Source: Guillardia theta CCMP2712 (Eukaryota > Protista > Cryptophyta). From it: a DNA stretch of 64,000 bases. The notes beneath the pieces were generated by a model that did no database searches, was not told the DNA's origin, and worked only from the letters and a program-made list of their open reading frames with translations. Shown piece after piece: positions 60,241 to 64,000 of this stretch. The stretch covers positions 57,109 to 121,108 of the forward strand of contig NW_005434586.1 of the NCBI RefSeq assembly GCF_000315625.1, read 5' to 3'. Both the position numbers and the translations under genes were made by a program. Within the stretch, counting starts at the first letter, position 1. Each line of letters begins with the position of its first letter.

Positions 60241-63200
60241 ATGTCTGAAGGCAAGGGTGATGAAAAGGATAACCCTAGCAGTACCTCGCCGGAAGAAGGA
60301 GGCACAGTTTTTGATTTGCATGAGATCGCCATAGAGCAAACATCATTCACTGATGGGGGACCCAAAAACAGCACCAGTAATGACGGCAACAATTTTGAAG
60401 GGAACATGAGAAAAGATTCAAAACGCAAAAAAAGCAAATCTTCGAAAATAGGTAGAATACGAAAGAGAAGGAAATTGGAGACTGCTAACATGATTTTAGC
60501 GAAAGACACCGAAATATCAGCACATAGGCAACTATGGGCTCAGTGCGATTTGTGTTCCAAATGGCGGAGGCTGAAACAGGACTATTCTTTAGACTCTAAC
60601 GCAACTTTCGTGTGCTCAGATCTTGAGGGATGGTCGTGCAAAGATCCAGAGGAGAATGCCGATGGCCTCCTGGATGCGGAGGAACATGACGCTAACGACA
60701 GTTCGGGTGTGAAGAGGAACGCGAAGAGAGGATATGCAGTGTGTCCTTCATGCAAGTCGATCGTTGAGAGAGGGAAGGGTGGGAGAGAAAAGCTTACTAG
60801 GGTGCTGGAAAAACATTTCCATGCATCTCCCCTTTGCCGGCCAATTGACAAAACAACGCCTCGCATTGTTGCAGCTATTGTGCTAGATCTATCAGACCGG
60901 TTGCCTTACAGAGCAGTGCTGCGCAAGGATTTGAAGTTGTGGGACAAATTCACAGAAAAGTGCAGAAGCTGCGCTTCCTTCTCAGAAGCTACTCGACAGC
61001 TGCTCTGGCTTTACCGACAACTACGATCCGAGGTTTTTGATCCCAGCTGGAATGCAGAAAGAAGACAGAAATTTGTCTCTGACTGCGAAACTTGCGATGA
61101 TGCGTCCTTTTCCATCAAATTGACACAACAGCTTGAGTTGGAGGCGATAGATTGGAATGCAGTTCACAAGCTTTGGGCTGTTGAACGACCAGGACATGAA
61201 GCAGAATCAGTAGAGTCAGCGGCGAAGGAGGTTCCGTCAGACGATGAAACTCTACAAGGTCAGAAGAAACGTAAGAACAGTAGACGAAAGCGGTTTGTTC
61301 CCCGCAAGCGGATCCGGGTTAGATCGTCCCAGAAGGGCTCATCGAATGCTTCGGTCGATACTCCTGATGGATCCTCTGGCAATCAGGATGACGAGGAATA
61401 CCAGACTGAGAACAGTGACAACGAGCAGTTTGAAATCTTTACATCTGAAGGAGTGGGTAAGGGAGAGGAAGACGATGAGCAGGATGATGAAGATTGTGTG
61501 GATGTCAAGGAATCACCCAATCACGATGACAGTTTTCACAAACAAGATGAACCAGCAGAAAGCGTGGCTGGTACATTTACCGACTCTGATGATACGCACA
61601 TTACTGTTGGCACATTAGTTGAAGTGTTGCTAGACGACGATACAAAAGCACTTGCAATAGTCTCCGGAGTGCCGGAACAGTATGATGATGTGCCAGGACT
61701 TTACGAGATCGTCTTCTTTGATGATCAGTATCAATTGGCATTGAATGACAGGTTGAGGCTTGCACTCCCCAACGACTATGTGGAAGTGTTGCTTGTATGT
61801 GAAGACCACAAAAATCTTCCACGCGGATGGATTCCAATTCCGTTGGCTGATGGTACTTGTTTCGTTGGACCCCAAGGAGAAGTTTGTGTCTCTGTGGAGG
61901 AAGTTCTCAAGGTGTTTTATTGTCTCTTTCCTGCGTGTTCTGTTGCCGTGATAGTAACACTTATGTGGCAGCACTCAAGTTCAAGGGATAAGTTTCCACC
62001 GGTTGGCGATTGCACGAAAATCATACCAAATGCTGATAACGAAATGAAACCTTCAACATATGAAGTTAAGGATAGGGAAGTGTTGGACACACCAAAGGTT
62101 GTCACGGCAGAGAATCTTTCGGACTCAACGTCGGAAACTACGCTTATACCAACGCAGAAACCAGAACCCCCCCAGGTGCATGTGGGTGTCTCAGGCTCAG
62201 GTAGCTTGAAGCTGACTGGATCGTTCAATCCTTCTGATTCCTTTGTCAACAGGAACTTTGGATGATAACGTAACTTCCGCTGCAAGATCCAGCAAAGAAA
62301 GCAGGGACGACACTGAGAGTTCAGAAAACTCTTCAAACAAATCCACTGCTGCGACGAAAGCACCAGAAGGGACCAAGGATGATAGTCACGAGAAAAATCA
62401 AGATGCAACAGGAATAGAAAAAGGTGGTGTGGATAAGTCAGTAATTCAGAAGGAAAATCATAGATTGAATCAATCGCACAATATACATGAAGGGGAATCC
62501 ATTGGATTGGAGACTCGACAATCTGCCAGTAAGAATCAATCAGAGAGCATGTCAAGGCGGAGCGACAGCAATGTGGTGGAGTCCAACAAGCATGCATCAG
62601 ATCGGCAGGATTCTTACGAAGGATCTCAACGACCAGCCAAGAACTCATCATTGAATCGCAATATGAAACGACGCTCGAACGATGAGCGAGGGTCTGATCC
62701 CATGTTTTGCATTGCAGAACTTGACGACAAAGAGCTCTCTCCGATCAAAAACCCGGCAAGGAATTCGAACGGTTCACAGACCCATAGTAATAACAGCTCA
62801 GACAAATCATCTCGCAAGAGTGAGGTACTGCTGAGCTGTTGAATGTTCGTGTTTTGTCGAAAGGTTTCTGTTTTTGCCCAAATGCATCATTATTCACTTA
62901 GTTCTTTGTTTGACCGACCTTTTTAACTTGTTATCGGCAGGCTTCTTCGAAGAAAGGAAGGAAGGAGAAGCAAGAGAATTCTAGTCATGAGTCTGGGACT
63001 GTGATTCCATGGCCAGCAGTGGGAGAAGAGATAGAGATCCGCTCTGACACTAACGGACGAGCATGGTTGTTGTTGTTTTCTCACCCGTGGTTCGAGACTC
63101 ATGGATGGCACTGCCAGGTGGGATGCAGAGATCTTGGCGAAGCGAACGAGGGACAACGGCAAAGTAGAAATGCTGGTGAGATTCATCGGGTTCGAAGAGA

Positions 63201-63703
63201 TGGACGAATGGGTTGTGCAGGGCAGCGCAGGTAACATCCTGACTGCTAGCGCGTTGCTTGGTCACATGATACCTGCAGACATGCGGCCGAGATCGAAAGC
63301 GTTCTCAAACCAGGAGGAGTGCCAGCTAGAACGCAAAGTTGTGGCCTTGACCTCGTTCGGTCAGTGGTTTGACGGGACGATTGAGGCGATCAAGAGGAAG
63401 AGGTAAATCTGCTTGTGCGAGGCGAAGTCAGTGACGTCTCGTGCGTAGGAGCACCAACAAGATGATGTTCCAAGTGCGTTACGATGAGCCTGAGGCTTGT
63501 CTTGATAACAATGGTACCTTCTCCTCATCGCCCCCTGAGCTCATGCTGCCCCTCCAGGCAAGCCCGTCCACGTGGAGTGGCGGAGAATGAGCAGCCTGCG
63601 GGAGCGAGGTGATGAGGGCAAGTCCCCTGCGACAGACGCTCACAAGAAGCCAGCCGCAGACCCTCCGAGCATGAGCAGCGTCAAGCCTTCCAGAGGCAAG
63701 TGA
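60241..63703 (+). CDS. Chromatin-reader-like nuclear protein: CW-type zinc finger, C2H-C zinc knuckle, acidic regions, NLSs, C-terminal Tudor/chromo-barrel-like domains
   Basis: WAQCDLCSKWRRL...FVCSDLEGWSCKDPEE (zf-CW); CPSC...KHFHASPLC; WDAEILAKR...MLVRFIGFEEMDEWV and WFDGTIEAI...FQVRYD (Tudor/chromo-like); basic clusters. Confidence 0.75.
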
Positions 63704-63940
63704 TGGTCGGTCAGATGCGGAGCTGGAGGGACTGGTGGGCGGCGGCTGGCATAGCATGTAGCATTTATGTACAGGAGATGAATACTAGCAGTAAGAAGGC
63801 AATCGGTCGATCTTGCTTGGTTTGAGCGGTGGCGCTGAGTTCGCGGGCTTTATTAACAGCTCGAGCGATTGTACACGCGACATGGAGCGAAAGGAAGAAT
63901 AAGGAGAGAGCAGGAGAGGCGGCGGCGGAGCAGGTCAGTC

Positions 63941-64000
63941 TTACTCTGAGTCAGAGTCAAACTTCATCTTGGTCGCTTTCTGGTTCAGGTCGACATCCTT
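63941..64000 (-). CDS. 3' end of a gene extending beyond the window (...KATKMKFDSDSE*)
   Basis: Open frame ending in TAA at 63941-63943; too short to identify. Confidence 0.4.
   Translation of the reverse strand, partial: KDVDLNQKATKMKFDSDSE

Overview
Eukaryotic nuclear DNA, gene-dense and intron-rich. It has ~45-55 nt minimal introns, longer microsatellite-filled introns and bipartite plastid presequences. This points to an alga with a complex red plastid, most like a cryptophyte such as Guillardia theta (inference). Most short ORFs in the track are simple-repeat artefacts. Genes reconstructed by hand-splicing: dynein-2 intermediate chain WDR60/FAP163 (-), archease (+), bacterial MetA-type homoserine acyltransferase with a mitochondrial-type presequence (-), an unknown secreted coiled-coil protein (+), an M14 carboxypeptidase (-), a GNW-motif axonemal protein (+), plastid-targeted LepA/EF4 (-), an unknown gene (-), a polycystin-2 (PKD2)-like channel (+), a ~8,000 aa single-pass surface protein (+), a small type II membrane protein (-), a chlorophyllase-like hydrolase (-) and a CW-zinc-finger/Tudor-like chromatin protein (+). 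The giant protein combines Ig-like repeats, PAN, EF-hand, EAR/EPTP, REJ, GPS-like and EGF modules. The best candidate for a new system is the tandem PKD2 + giant REJ/GPS protein pair, possibly a split polycystin-1/2 sensor. The second is a recurring upstream architecture of GC- and palindrome-rich islands plus strand-biased GGGGTRG motif clusters. All domain calls are by motif recognition from memory, not database searches.
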